64,000 nt of DNA from Haplodiscus bocki. Taxonomy: Eukaryota. The translations under genes were made by a program, and so were the position numbers. Within the stretch, counting starts at the first letter, position 1. Each line of letters opens with the position of its first letter. Positions 1 through 12,150 of this stretch are shown here, piece by piece. The stretch is taken from positions 77,314,001 through 77,378,000 of the forward strand of contig OZ296653.1 in NCBI GenBank assembly GCA_965655095.1, read 5' to 3'. The notes below the pieces were generated by a model. The model had not been told where the DNA came from. It did no database searches and saw nothing but the letters and a program-made list of their open reading frames with translations.

Positions 1-760
1 CCTTTCAACATGTTTTTCATGTAGTATTTGTTCAATCCTCTTTTTGATCGACTGTTGTAACTGAAGCGTGATCCTCCGTCCATTCTGTTGGGTGTTTATT
101 TCTAGTGCAAATTCAATTTTAAGCAAGTGATCGTTTAATTTCCGGTGCCGCGTGAAAAACTGTCGGAACGCATTTAAGACATCACTTCGATCAACGCTAA
201 TAACTTGTCTTGAATGAGCACTATTAATTGAACGGCGGCTAATTATTGAGATATACTCACTTGCTGTAATCTGAGTGGATGGCGTGATTTGATACTGCAA
301 GGCTGCCAGCCAATCTTTTTCTACTAATGATCTCCCAGTAGCCGCTACCAAATCTTTCAATCTTTTTTTCCCACCTTAGATTTTACATGAATTTTTCAAT
401 CAATACACAACGGCTGTTGTTTGAAATGCCCACACGTTTCCGAGTGTGGTAGTGGTCGTGGGAATAGTACAGTGGTGCGAAGAATGTCCTTAAAGTCGTT
501 TGTGATGACATCCTGTCCGGAGCTTTCATCATAACTGCCATCACTGGAGTCATCTCCCGCATCGTAATTCATCCGTCAAAATGCGTTCGAAAATCCTTAA
601 GGGTTACTTCCTCGAGTCTTCAATTTGACACAACAACGGGCGAAATGTCTCGTAATTGAAGTTTTTCACATTTTTCTTTTACTGCTCTACATTGCGGGTT
701 ATGCTGTGGTTGAAATTATGGGCTCTGCCTTGAAAACAAACTTTCCCAGTATTGGTTATT
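1..760 (-). mobile_element. Decayed Ty3/Gypsy LTR-retrotransposon gag(zinc knuckle)-protease-pre-RT remnant, running off the window start
   Basis: Minus-strand translation with frameshifts gives 'QHNPQCRAVKEKCE...HFARCC' (gag knuckle-like, ~640-715), 'DWLAALQYQI' (end of protease, ~290-320) and 'FRQFFTRHRKLNDHLLKIEF...QQNGRRITLQLQQSIKKRIEQILHEKHVER' (typical Gypsy pre-RT segment, 1-180). Confidence 0.65.
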
Positions 761-2979
761 GTACATACAAATGTGGGTTCGGATATACAAATGTAAATTG
801 CTCCTTTGAGATTTTTTTGGAAGAAGTCCAACCAGTAGTTACGCACGAATATATGCTTGACAATTGAGTTAGAACAAAAACCACTGCCCCTTTTTGGAAC
901 TTCAGAAAAGAAAAACTTTGATGCAAGGATCGAAGTTTTTTTGCTGTTTTTCGATCAAATCTTCCTCTACAAGAGAATTGAAGTCCATTGAGACCTTGTT
1001 GGAAGAAATTCGACCTGCAGTTACGGAGAAACCGGAGGTCCAACACCGAGACGAATCAAAAATAGGTGCACTGGAAGAACTATCTGGGTTTTGACGCTGG
1101 GATTTCATCTGACGTTGTTTTAATTGGATACAATATCACAAATGGGAAGTTTTCGTTGGGGGCCATGACGGAGGAAGTCGAACAGATAGTTATGGAGAAG
1201 TAAAAAGTCAGGAAAATTAAACTTCCCAAAAAAGGCAAGATGTTCGTATTACTGGTCTAGCAAGATTCTGCCACAAGGAAGAAAAAAAAGGAAGTTTTGC
1301 TGTAATACCTTTGCACAATTGAGAGGTTTCTGGATAAGGTCTACGAGAGAAAAACTATTTTCGTTTTTTCGGTGAAAGGTGAGTTGCAATATTAAGGAAT
1401 GTCAATGTTAACGGCTCTCCATGGCACTCCCACAAGGTCCGGCCCAACAGAAAATGAGGTCGCAGGAGCATGACTGCTGAGGTATTTCCATTTTCTCACA
1501 AACCGCAGAAACGAACTGATCGAAGAAGATTGTGCCCAAAAAGCTGAAAGGAAAACATAAATTCTTTCAAACGTTAGTTGAAATTTTTGAAGTTTCAAAA
1601 TAAATTCCGGCTTTTTTGGAAAAATCGAAAACATTCGCCTTTTTCTGAAAAAAACATTTGGATTTTTTGTAAGGCTTATCTCGAAGGCGTACTTTTTGAG
1701 CAAAAAAGAGACAGCACCTATCAAAACCACCAAGTTTTTGTCCAGTACACACCGCTTCCTGCTCTGAAAATTTAAAATTATGCTACAGAGTATCTAAAAG
1801 CATGGTACAAAAATTTTAATTGATACCAGGATTTGAGCGCCGTTTTTGTGGGCCACGCAATTGCAGTGCCACCACACGTGTGTGTGATGCAAGCTGCCAA
1901 CGAATTTGTTCTGCAACACGAAGTGTTCACGTCAAGGGCAAAATCACAAAAACGAAATGGAAATTCTTCAATTCATGAGATGCAACATTTCTTCGAGGAA
2001 AACTTTTTTGATGGAAAACAGCAACTACAAATCTTGTCGTAACTCATTGAAAAACACAAAAAAAGTTTGTAGGCGAATATCGGGGCAATCGAATGTCCCA
2101 ATGTCTTTCACTGCTGAGTCAGTTCTAATAAAAAACAACCTTAAACTTTATATATCTCCGGTGAGTTGTTTTATGTTGAACGTTTTAGTAGTAGTAAAAT
2201 TTTTTTTTCTTTGTGGTGTAAGAAATTTCAACGGCATTAGCCACAGAAGAAACTTTCACAATTGTTCCGTTCAAAATTTTCTAAAATTAATGTAACATAA
2301 AACTAACAAAGTCAAAAATTGTGAGATTTCCAAACAGTGATAACCCAATTGGGACACTTTTTCAGCAAGTTTTCAGTCACAGCAAAGAAAAAAATGTTTG
2401 TTTTATTGCAGTTTTCCTCCTATTAGTCCAATGGCAGTAGAAGACCGACTTTTCTCGTCAAGTATTGTGATGTGCATAGCCTTCTTTTTCAAACCATTTT
2501 ACATAGACAGGTACTGCTGCTATTGGAACAGATGACTAAACGCTGGAACATTGGGTGAGAGGCGTGTTTTCAAAATTGATCAGTCGTTTTTTCTATTGAC
2601 CGCGATAAGCGCAATCGGTTACTTTCGCTTGGAAATCCTCCTTTTTGGAAATCAACTTCTATCGAGTCACTGTACAATTGAACAAAAAAAATACAACAAG
2701 GACAATGAAGAGCTTCAAAAAACTGTTTTTTGCTGCTTGATGTCAGATTAGGAGTTAGATTCCACATGAGAGGAGCACACTGTTCAGATTTTTTTTGAAT
2801 TTGATGGTTCTCGTGACAGTCCGCAGACATTTTTGGCGAGGCTGATAATTGAAGGTTTTTCACAGATGTTTGTTCAGAAGACAAATCCTGCTAACCAAAG
2901 TAGAGACATTAGAGCTAATTTTTTGTACTTGAAATCAATTAGCTCTACTTTTGACCGGATGAAAAGCGAGATCACGTAT

Positions 2980-3760
2980 TGATATCAATGCCAAATAGAC
3001 TAGCAGCCGACTTGGAGACTGAAATGGCAAAAGCCCCCCAATTTTTTTTGTCGTGTGCAAACAATTTACGAGATGGTTTTCTACAAACGCCAAGCAAGTC
3101 ATTTTTAAGCGCTGAAAAAAGGAGCTGGCATTACATTGATCTAATTGGTGAAGCAGGTGTAACATGTTAATAGTTTGAGATTGACTTTCCCATTTTTACG
3201 CTTTGTTGGTGCATTAGGTGAAATTGTGTGATTTTCAAGAAACTGCAACCGTTTTCTAAACCTTTCAAATTCATTAGGAAAATGTCATATTTCTCAGAAT
3301 CAAAGGCGTTTTGAAGATTGATGAAAACTTATAAAATGCTGGCCCGAGTTATGTTTTTATATCTGCCAGGTTCAAATCAGTACTTCAAGAACTGTTTAGT
3401 AGATGTTGTGATCCCAAAATGTGAAGAGCAGAAATTTGGTATTTTCCAGACATGGAGCTCTGAAAAAGGAACTCTTCTGGTAGAAATTACGATTGACCGA
3501 TAATAACTCACATATAATTTGTAATTACTCATGAAAAGTTTTCTTGTAATGGTCAGTTTCCACAGACCACAATAAATGGCAGTCTGTATAATTTTTCGAG
3601 TCAGATTCAAATAGTGTAAGCTCAGAGGAGAACTCATTTACCGGATGAGGTGGCCACGTACGTGATCCAGTACACAAAATATAAATTTCGAACACCTTCT
3701 GAACAACTTAGATTTCGAAGTTCATTAGATCAAGAGTTTCCGTTTACAATATCTGAATAC
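2980..3760 (+). mobile_element. Decayed Gypsy-type integrase core remnant
   Basis: Motifs appear in the expected order across frames: 'RSWHYIDLIG' (W..IHID.GP), 'VFSRHG', 'LTDNNSH' (TDNG), 'PQTTING' (PQTNG), 'VATYVIQY....RTPSEQL'. Many stops and frameshifts. Confidence 0.5.
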
Positions 3761-3914
3761 CTGATTGGGACAACAAATCTTGTAGCAATCAGCGCACAGA
3801 GTGTAGAGGCTCACAAACCAACTAATAGGTATAACAAAATATCATAGCATTATTAATGTGAATGAAAAGAAACAAGGAAACACCGCTAAAGCTGACTACT
3901 TTTTCCAATCTGAT

Positions 3915-5457
3915 TTATATCGAGCCACGAATACAAAAAATTGAGCACCAGAAAAGGGCAAAACTGATTTCAGTTGCTGGTATGTGATGATATCCAAGTA
4001 GGCGCTTTTATTTTTGTCCAGCCAATGTTGTTGCTGTGCGACTCAATACACGCGTTCACGAAGGCTCCGCTCCTCTAGTACTGGCATAAACTTGAGGGTC
4101 AAAGCTGGTGTTTTCAACTTCCGGCAATGTTGCTCTTGTACTTCAAATTTTCCGAGTGCTGAGGAGCTGTTTAAGAGTATACGATGATATTTGGGGAAAA
4201 AGCAAAAAGGTGAGAAACGTTCACGTCAATAAAATTTCAGCTATATCTTGAATCAAGTACTTTGTTTTTCAATATATCCAATCTGTTTCATCTACAGTCC
4301 TTGTTGTTTTATTTCGAAAGGTTTAACCTCAGAGAAACTTAAAACTTGGTTCAGTTTTCACAAGAACACAAGCTTCGTTCAGCAGTTTAGCAAAGATATA
4401 GCAGATTTCAGTTGAACCGACCTTTGGCCTAATACATTCCGTGCTACCTTATAGACACTACTCCACAAAAACATCCGGAACGCAAATGAGTAGGCTTCCA
4501 ACGTAATCTCGTTGTTATTCCCTCCTGCCGGTCAGGTTTCGTTAACTTGAAGTTGTATATATTTCAGCGCAAGTGAACCTAACCTGCTATAGGATCAACC
4601 CCTGGACGCTAGATCCAAGGTGTATAGCTGAATATTTTGAGTTCAGCTACAAAACTTCTGCCTTCAAGGACTTTTAACGTTTCTTTTGATGGTGTTGAGG
4701 ACGTCAGTTTGATGAAATTCAGCTGGAAATGGTCCAGTTCTTGAGAAAAGATCGCAAATTTCAAGTGACTGAAGAGAACCTTGAGAGTTCTGCTCCAAAG
4801 TGAGAATGTTGAGGCGACCTTTCTCCCGAGGTAAAGCAAAAAATACTCGCACCACTGGATCTTGAAAAGGGTTATCGACGACGAAATTAGGTTTCAACCT
4901 TCCAGCAATTACTTTTTTATTCTGCTCACAAAGGTTGAACCTAGTTGGTGCTGTTGATAAAATGAAGACTACCTTATGTTGAAATGAAAAGTCAAAGCTT
5001 TAAATTGACATTAGGTGTCGACTTTGGAAAGTTGGGGTATTCTTCGCGCTAGATTTGGTGTTGCTCGGAGGTCATTTCCTCAAATTCTTTGTGAAATGTT
5101 GGGTCTGATGCACGCTTTACTTTAGGATGTCAAAAATTGTCGATTGCGCGATCTCTGTCTTATGGATTTGCTATCGGATGTCTTTACTAACGGTTGTCAA
5201 ATGGTATCCGAGGGGCGGACCGTGTTCAATGAACTTTCCCATCTTCTCATATTGATATTGCAGGAGTCCTCACTGCCATAATCAACATACTATATTTGAA
5301 AAATGTTGCTTTTGATGTCATCTTGTTGAGAAGATTCATGGAGACTCCATAGATTGCATGCGCCATCGGATGATCTTCTGTGGTCCCCTGTTGGAACAAC
5401 CTTTGGGTCTTTTCAATGTAAAGATTCTCATATACAGTGCAGGAGTTACAGAGAGCG

Positions 5458-5504
<47 letters not shown>

Positions 5505-6760
5505 TGTAAAGTGGTGTGATAGGCGCAATTGCAGATGTTCCTCAAGGCTAGTCTCAGATTGCAGCTGTTGAAAGCATTTTGAGCGGGTGTTAGTAGATTT
5601 CCTGCGGCCTTTGTCAGTCACATTGTTAATTTATTCAATTACAGACATTTTCAGTGCCTGAAACCGGTTAAGCAAAATCGGGTCTCTCCGCTGAGTAAAA
5701 TGGTACTTGTTTAACACAACTGATCAGGGTTAGACCAATAAACTTACGTAACACCTGACTGACGCCGATAGCCTCACTCTCAGAACTTTGCTTCAATGAA
5801 CGGCGAACTTTGGGCATAAAGTAGTCGAATTTTTTAGTGATGATCTGGACTGCCATGAGTTTTTCACAAAGTGCTCCAGTAAGTTTTTAAGTTTTGAAAA
5901 AGAATTAAGACTTTCGCGCCATATACGATTGATAGCTCCATCGTCTGCCCAGAGCTGCTTGTCGAGTTTGGGAGCCCGTTGTCTTCTGGTGGCGCACGAG
6001 ATGATAGTCGTTTATCTTGAAGCACTGAGAGAACAGTCTCTCCCATGAATTTGTCATTCCGTGTGAACCAAAACACTTTAGACTGTTTTGAGAAACGTCG
6101 CAGTGTACCTGAAGCTTTGCAATTGTCCAACTATTTGTCAATGTTTGAGGATGGATCCGCTGGTTTCTTGGAGACTGTTTTCCACAAATGCTTTCAGAGC
6201 GCCCGAGAATCATCGAAAAGTGGGGTGAAATCACACCTTACCCATGAGTCCAAACCTTTCGCTATCATTTTCCAGAGAAAACTCTTATTCGGACCTTCGA
6301 TTCCCGCTTACATTAGGTGAAGGAAACCAATAGTGGTCGTCAATGTCAATTGACTATGGAAGTTGCCGTTAATTGCTTCCGCAAACGTAGCTTTCTTTCT
6401 CGCGAAGACATTGAAGGCAGTTTTTCTTTTGCCCACTGTGAAGATCAGTGGATACCAATGGACTATTTCAAAATAGATTGGCTTGACTTTGCGCAGACGG
6501 TCAGAGATTGGTTTTTCCCAGAAACTACTGGGCATGGTACAACGTCTCTGCTGGTGGGCGAGTTAAGCTCAATGGACGTTGACGCAACATTCTCCACGAT
6601 TCACTCCGTTCCGCAAGATTTACAGTTGAAGTGTTTGTAGTAATCATTGCAAGCCCACAAACCGCTGCACCAGCCATGCATGTAAGTTGCCCGCGCAAGT
6701 GTCACCAGACGCATAGATCAACATTACACATTGAAAGGTGGGTTTTTTATTATTTTTCGC
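3915..6760 (-). mobile_element. Decayed CRE-clade non-LTR retrotransposon (PHD-like finger, RT, zinc knuckle, restriction-like endonuclease)
   Basis: Minus-strand motifs in order: 'YMHGWCSGL...HFNCKSC' (~6620-6690); 'AIGVSQVLRKFIG' (RPIG.GEVLRR); 'NAFNSCNLRLALRNI'; 'QQGTTEDHPMAHAIYG' (GT.QGDPL); 'QI*YVDYGS' (WYADD); 'FFALPREKGRLNI' (LP...GGL.I); 'FKLTKPDRQEGITTRLRWKP...CFCG...HGMY*AKG'; 'FIDVNV'; 'EVENTSFDPQVYASTRG'; 'FALFWCSIFCIRGS'. Confidence 0.8.
5450..5500. repeat. (GA)n microsatellite inside the CRE RT domain
   Basis: Perfect (GA)20 at 5461-5500, preceded by AGAGAGCGAGC. Confidence 0.97.
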
Positions 6761-6854
6761 CGCATATGTAATATGCAAGAAAAATTATTCATTCAGTGAG
6801 ATCATTTTTCTTTTTTCCTCAGTCCAAAATTGTCAACAATTCAAAGATAAATAT

Positions 6855-7030
6855 TAGCAGTGGGTTTAGGACGAAAGGATTCTGAAGCGGTAGGTTCGGG
6901 GTTCGAGTCTCTGTCGTGCCAAATATTTTTATGATTTCACTGACATTTGTCAGAAACTCCAATGGCTCCCATGGCACAGTGGGTAGGACAACAAGGTTTT
7001 GAAGCGGTAGGAACGGGTTCGAATCCCAGC
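6855..7030 (+). repeat. Two tandem tRNA-derived (SINE-like) heads with Pol III A/B boxes
   Basis: A-box TGGCACAGTGG (~6972) and B-box GGTTCGAATCC (~7016). An upstream degenerate copy has GGTTCGAGTC (~6900). Both share TGAAGCGGTAGG. No convincing cloverleaf. Confidence 0.6.
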
Positions 7031-7059
7031 TTTTACCTACCTTTTTTTAGCATAAGTAT

Positions 7060-7570
7060 TACGACGGAAAATGGTGATCCCCCCCTTATGCATCAAAAGC
7101 TTCGATACCAGAATTTTTCTGAAAACAGGAAGGGTTCCCCTACGAAATTTTTTGGTACTATGAGACAAAACACTTTCGACGGAAAATCGTGATACCCGCC
7201 CCTCTCTTATCCCTAACATTGTTCGATACCCCGAAATTAGCGAAACACTAAAAGGTCCCCCTACAAAAGTTTTCGGCAGTGTGAGTCAAAAAAATTTTGA
7301 CGGAAAATCGTGATACTCCCTCGCCCCACACCTCCTATCCATAAAATTTTTCGATACCAGAATTTTTCTGAAACAGAGCACAGAAGGGTTCATCTACGAA
7401 ATGTTTCGGTACTGTGAGACAAAACAATTTCGACGGAAAATCGTGGTAACCCCCCCCCCTCTTATCCTTAACATTTCTCGATACCAGAAATTTTCTGCAA
7501 CACAGAAGGGTTCCTCTACGAAATTTTTCGGAACTATGAGACAAAAAATTTTCAACGGAAAATCGTGAAA
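7060..7570 (+). repeat. Tandem repeat, ~4 units of ~115-133 bp, internal to a putative Helentron/DINE-like non-autonomous element
   Basis: The unit marker (C/T)(G/A)ACGGAAAAT(C/G)GTG recurs at ~7062, 7177, 7298, 7431 and 7553, with CGATACC and TGAGACAAAA between markers. Confidence 0.9.
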
Positions 7571-7697
7571 CTCTTCTGCATAAAGTACAGAAATCAGTGG
7601 TGGAATTGATATTTGTAAAAAACCTTTGAAAACTAAATTCAAAACCTTAGTTTCATTTTCAACTGTTTGCAAAAGTTGATCAAAAGATTTGTAGTTG

Positions 7698-7733
7698 GGC
7701 GAAAAATATGCCGGTGCTAGCCGGCCGTCTTGT
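7698..7733 (+). mobile_element. Hairpin + GTCTTGT terminus of a Helentron/DINE-like element
   Basis: GCCGG-TGCTAG-CCGGC hairpin followed by CGTCTTGT. Related termini end at 30663 and 38697. Confidence 0.5.
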
Positions 7734-8099
7734 CAGTCAATTGTTCAGAAAGGTAGTTGGCAAACAGAAAAAGAAACAAACTTTTAGGAACTGGCGAGGA
7801 AAAACGATTACCAGGGTTTTCAAAACTTTTAAAATGTGCAACGTTGCTGCAAAACATACAAAAATAAGTATTGGGGAAAGGTGACAAAACCAGCGCTGAA
7901 ATTGTTGAAATTGTCGAAAAAAGCTTGTTTGAGTCAATAGAGTGATGCGTTGAAGAAGGAAAAATTGGAAGTCAAAAATACTTTTGGGACAGAATAGAAG
8001 TAGGTTGCTGAAACTTTGGACTTCTTTCAGTTGAAGAGAAAGCGGTGTTTCTCTTTGAAAAGTTCACCATCAATTAGAACTTGCTGTTACATATTATCA

Positions 8100-9150
8100 A
8101 ACTCAGGTCTCCGTGGAAATGAGCATGATTAAAATTTCTTCACCCAGGGGGCTTCTCTGGAGAAGTTGTGGAAAAAGATGAGAACAATGATGCGCGAAGG
8201 ATTTTTCTGCATTACTCGAATGAGAGCAAAAAAATGATGTTCAAACTTTTCCACGACTGTTTACTTGCGTTTCGTGAATTGCGTCACGAAGAAACAACTG
8301 ACCGCCTTTGCTTTTGAACGATTCTCCCACAAAATTTAATACTGAGTCTGTACCAAAGGGGCAAGAAGAAACCAGGAAACCATCAACTGCAGAAACGAGT
8401 TTCAACTACCACCCACCAAAAACATCAGTCTCATGGACGGCGTTCTATGAGACCATCGGACAGCATAGCTTTGCCTGCACCACCTGACGGGTCCGAACTG
8501 CGTCTTGGCTGCAGAAAAACTGCAACCTAGCGGGATATCGATTGGGTCTGTTTCACTTGTTGGAAGGCAGCGTTCCGGATTGCGGGACATTCTGGTATGC
8601 AGGAATGTGAGAGAGTGAAGGCTACAGCAGTGAAATTTGCCCCCAGTATGTTGACAGCACTCACGCTACTACGGTTCCGCTTGGACTTTGTGAACTTACA
8701 AGCGTACTTTTCGGATCGAACGATTCCGAGGTGGGAATTAGCTAAATCAGGTGCACTTCTTCCATGAAAACAATTGGACTTGAAAATTCAAGACTCACAG
8801 TACGTCAGACACGTACACCTAGAAAGGGGAAGGTAAAAGATTTCGACGTTCGACGGTGAGATAATTGAAAACTTCACCTACACATCAGTGTCCACAATCT
8901 GGCAAGAAAAACCTCCTCTCATTGTTGCTGTGGTGAAAGCACCAGGTAATTCTACACCCAACTCTCAACAAAATTGTCGTCCACGAAAACGACTCGGTGT
9001 CACATCAGACTGCCATTGGCAGAGGACAAATTGAAACAACCAAAACCCTACGGCTCGAAAAGACACCTTGATGACAGATGCCCAAATGCTTTCAATGATT
9101 GAAATTGCAGGGTACATATCGAGTACTTTTGACATGATCAACTATCAAGA
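8100..9150 (+). mobile_element. Possible highly decayed BEL/Pao-like gag-protease remnant
   Basis: GC-richer, coding-like stretch with 'VCFTC' and other Cys/His-spaced fragments around 8450-8600. No intact frame. Confidence 0.25.
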
Positions 9151-9716
9151 ACACTGTGTCCGTAAAATCAGTCACAAGCATGAGCTTCAACCTTCACTAA
9201 CAGCAGCATCGATAATCACTTGAACCCGTCATTTTCGAAACAAGATGCTATTGATATGAGTGAGTTTACCTCGCATTACTTTAGCTCAATTCGGAGGCCT
9301 TGTGGACATCTACTTTGTTCATACCAGGAGTGTTCCTTAGCCCAGCCCTTATCCTAATGCTGTCGTTTTAATGACATTATTCGACCATATCAAGACAACA
9401 ACTCTTCTCCAACCACTCTCACTGGTTGAAAGTCCAATCGAAGTTATTCCAAAATCCTTCCTAAATCTAGCAGATACAACCTTTCTTGTTTCATAAAGTT
9501 CTCACCTTACAAACGCCATCTATTGACAGCAACAATACTAATATTCTGTCATTGGCTGTACACCATGCAGCTGTATGACGTAACTGTTAAAAAAGTGCTT
9601 TAATTCTCCGCATTCAGATGCCAACCCTATGACCAACATACCTGGTGATCGGCGCTATGTAGCCAAAACAAACGATTGTCTTGGAACTTTTCCATGGCCA
9701 ACAAATGTTGTCTAAG

Positions 9717-9916
9717 NNNNNNNNNNNNNNNNNNNNNNNNNNNNNNNNNNNNNNNNNNNNNNNNNNNNNNNNNNNNNNNNNNNNNNNNNNNNNNNNNNNN
9801 NNNNNNNNNNNNNNNNNNNNNNNNNNNNNNNNNNNNNNNNNNNNNNNNNNNNNNNNNNNNNNNNNNNNNNNNNNNNNNNNNNNNNNNNNNNNNNNNNNNN
9901 NNNNNNNNNNNNNNNN
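9717..9916. other. Assembly gap (200 N)
   Basis: Run of exactly 200 N, a fixed-size scaffolding gap. Confidence 1.
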
Positions 9917-11278
9917 TTGACTGAAGACTGGTTGCAATGAGTGCAGTTTGAATAAAGTTTGTGAATAGATTGATGTTATAAGCATTTCAACTGATTTAAA
10001 GTGTTTGACTTTTGAAGTGAATTTTTGTTTCGTACGTGTTCCGTCACTACTTTTCTGCTGACGTCATTCATACTATACTGACTATGCCGCGCTGTAGTGC
10101 TTTGGTTAAGACGGAGTGGTTCCGGATTCACTCCTCATTTAAACAGAGACCACTCCTACTACTAGTGAACACAAAATTGTCTAGAAACCACTAGTCGCTA
10201 CTCGTTTGAATGACTGGTAAACTAGTAGTGCTACTAGTTTCTCCTCGTTTCTAAATAGTAGGACTTATCAACTACAATGATTACTGATAAAGTGTGCGCA
10301 AGAGTAATGAATGTTTACATTTTTTTAAAAGCCATTTGTTAATACTAATCCATTCCAAAAGTCATGCACTTTGTATTATTTCCTAAATAAGGATAAGGAA
10401 AATTTTGAGTATTTTTCTTTTTTTTTGGATCATACATTTTTTAAAATGTGAACAACATGTCAACGCGAGACTAAACACTTTGATGTCCATCTCTGACGGA
10501 TTAGGTCCCTCCTTTTTCTGTCACAAGAGGGAAAAGGCGCTTCCCATGAGGGAGGATATGGATGGAAAAATTGTTTATTTCCCGCCAGAGTCGGAATTTT
10601 GACTTTGATACTGTAATTAATAAGACTACTTTTCCTTATTTTTACCCTGACTTAGCGTGCAAACAATTGTGTTTCCCCCCAAGGTAGAGGTATAAATAGG
10701 AGAAATTGAAGTACAAGATCAGAAGAAGTGTTGTTGTTCTGTAATACTGACGATAATATCCAGTATCGTTAAGTCCTTACATTGTATAATTCGAAACGGT
10801 TGAAAAACAAACTGTTTTTCCCTCACTGACAGGACAATCAACTGGTAATCGCTGATCAATAGTTTTCCCGTTGAAAATGGCAACTCGGAGGAATAAAAGA
10901 AAACTTGCAGCACTAACCAAGGAAAATTGTGAGGAGCATCTTAGGAGCAACTTGGCAAGAAACTCCAATGTTTCCAGATCACAAGAAGACTACATCACTC
11001 AAGTTTCGAGGAATTTGAGGGTAGAGTCACAAATAAGTTGTCCCAGGAGTTTAGTGGGACGGAAAACCGCACATTAGGCGCACTATTTTCTCCTGATAAC
11101 TTTCTTATGAACCCGCTAATAAAGGGCCACTCCCGAACCGCTCCGGAGACGTCCCGGAACGCATATGGCCCAAACCAGGGAAAGAATGAGGATGACTCCC
11201 AGAGTAATCCTCATCCCGAAGCGAGCACTTTTCGGAGTCAGACAACACGGAACTCTGGCCCAGACGATGCTTATGACA
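9917..11278 (+). mobile_element. Solo LTR copy A (5' end lost in the gap), with frameshifted MATRRNKRKL ORF from 10877
   Basis: Shares conserved blocks with four other copies (TGACGTCA, ACTAGTAGTGCTACTAGT, ATGTCCATC.CTGACGGATTAGG, TTTCCCGCCAGAGTCGG, GGTATAAATAGG). Homology ends at ...TATGACA. Confidence 0.8.
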
Positions 11279-12035
11279 AAAACTTTAAACCTTTCTGTAT
11301 TTATCTTTGTTCAAGTTTGCTGACGTGGAATTAATTGAGGCAAAGTTACCTGTGACGCCACTCTAGGGAATGCGGCATGAAAGTTTTGTATGATTTTGTA
11401 CGTTACGAAAATATCTGTTGAACGATTTTGAGTGATTCATATAGAACTTATCATTCTCAAATTTTGTCTGTTGCGTTGCTCTTTCCCAAGTATCGCTGCT
11501 GAATCTGGTAAAGTTTTAGGAGTTTCAAAAATGACATGTTAAAATTGATTTCTATCAAGTTTTTGAATCTTTCCAAATTTTTTGACGATGCAATCGAAAT
11601 ACTTCCACATGAAGGCATTTCTCCACTTTTAACACGGATTGCACTTTCATTAGTTTAGGTCAAGTTTACATGAATCTCCTCTGAGTCAATTACGTACAAT
11701 TGATAGATACTTGGGCATCGAGTCAATGATGTAACAATGAAGAAACACTATGAAAACAATGGCAAGCTAAATATCATACAGTGTCTACGCATATCTCGGA
11801 AACTTGCAAAATATTTTAATGCAGCTCGGAAAACTTTCAAGAAAAATGTTTGGTAAATATATGAATTTTCTATGGTTTGTAAGTGATTTTACCTGTACAG
11901 ATTAATGCAACAAACATGAATTTCATGCAACTGCAATAAGGGCTATCAAATAAGCCACATAATGGTATATGCAATCAAACAGCCGAAAATATTTATCTTT
12001 TCGTTTAATTTTCTACTCTTAGAATAGTAGTGGAA

Positions 12036-12150
12036 GCATGATGATCATGCCATGAATCATGGCGTCCATGCCAAAAAACATGGCCACCATGCCGTCATCA
12101 TGGCATGATAATGGCCGTGTATTTCACCAAGATCATGATGTGATCATAGC
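12036..12150. repeat. CATG-rich low-complexity tract
   Basis: About 9 CATG/CATGG motifs in ~115 bp. Confidence 0.6.

Noticed and set aside
1392-1560. Possible host terminal exon on the minus strand (TTTCAG acceptor, GC-richer sequence)
   Set aside because: No recognisable protein similarity and no partner exons that I can identify.
6963-7035. tRNA gene
   Set aside because: A and B boxes are present but acceptor and anticodon stems do not pair convincingly; treated as a tRNA-derived repeat head.
7060-7570. CRISPR-like repeat-spacer appearance
   Set aside because: Whole ~120-bp units are homologous, with no unique spacers, no cas genes, and a eukaryotic context.
9614-9985. ORFs spanning the N run
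   Set aside because: Artefacts of translating the assembly gap.
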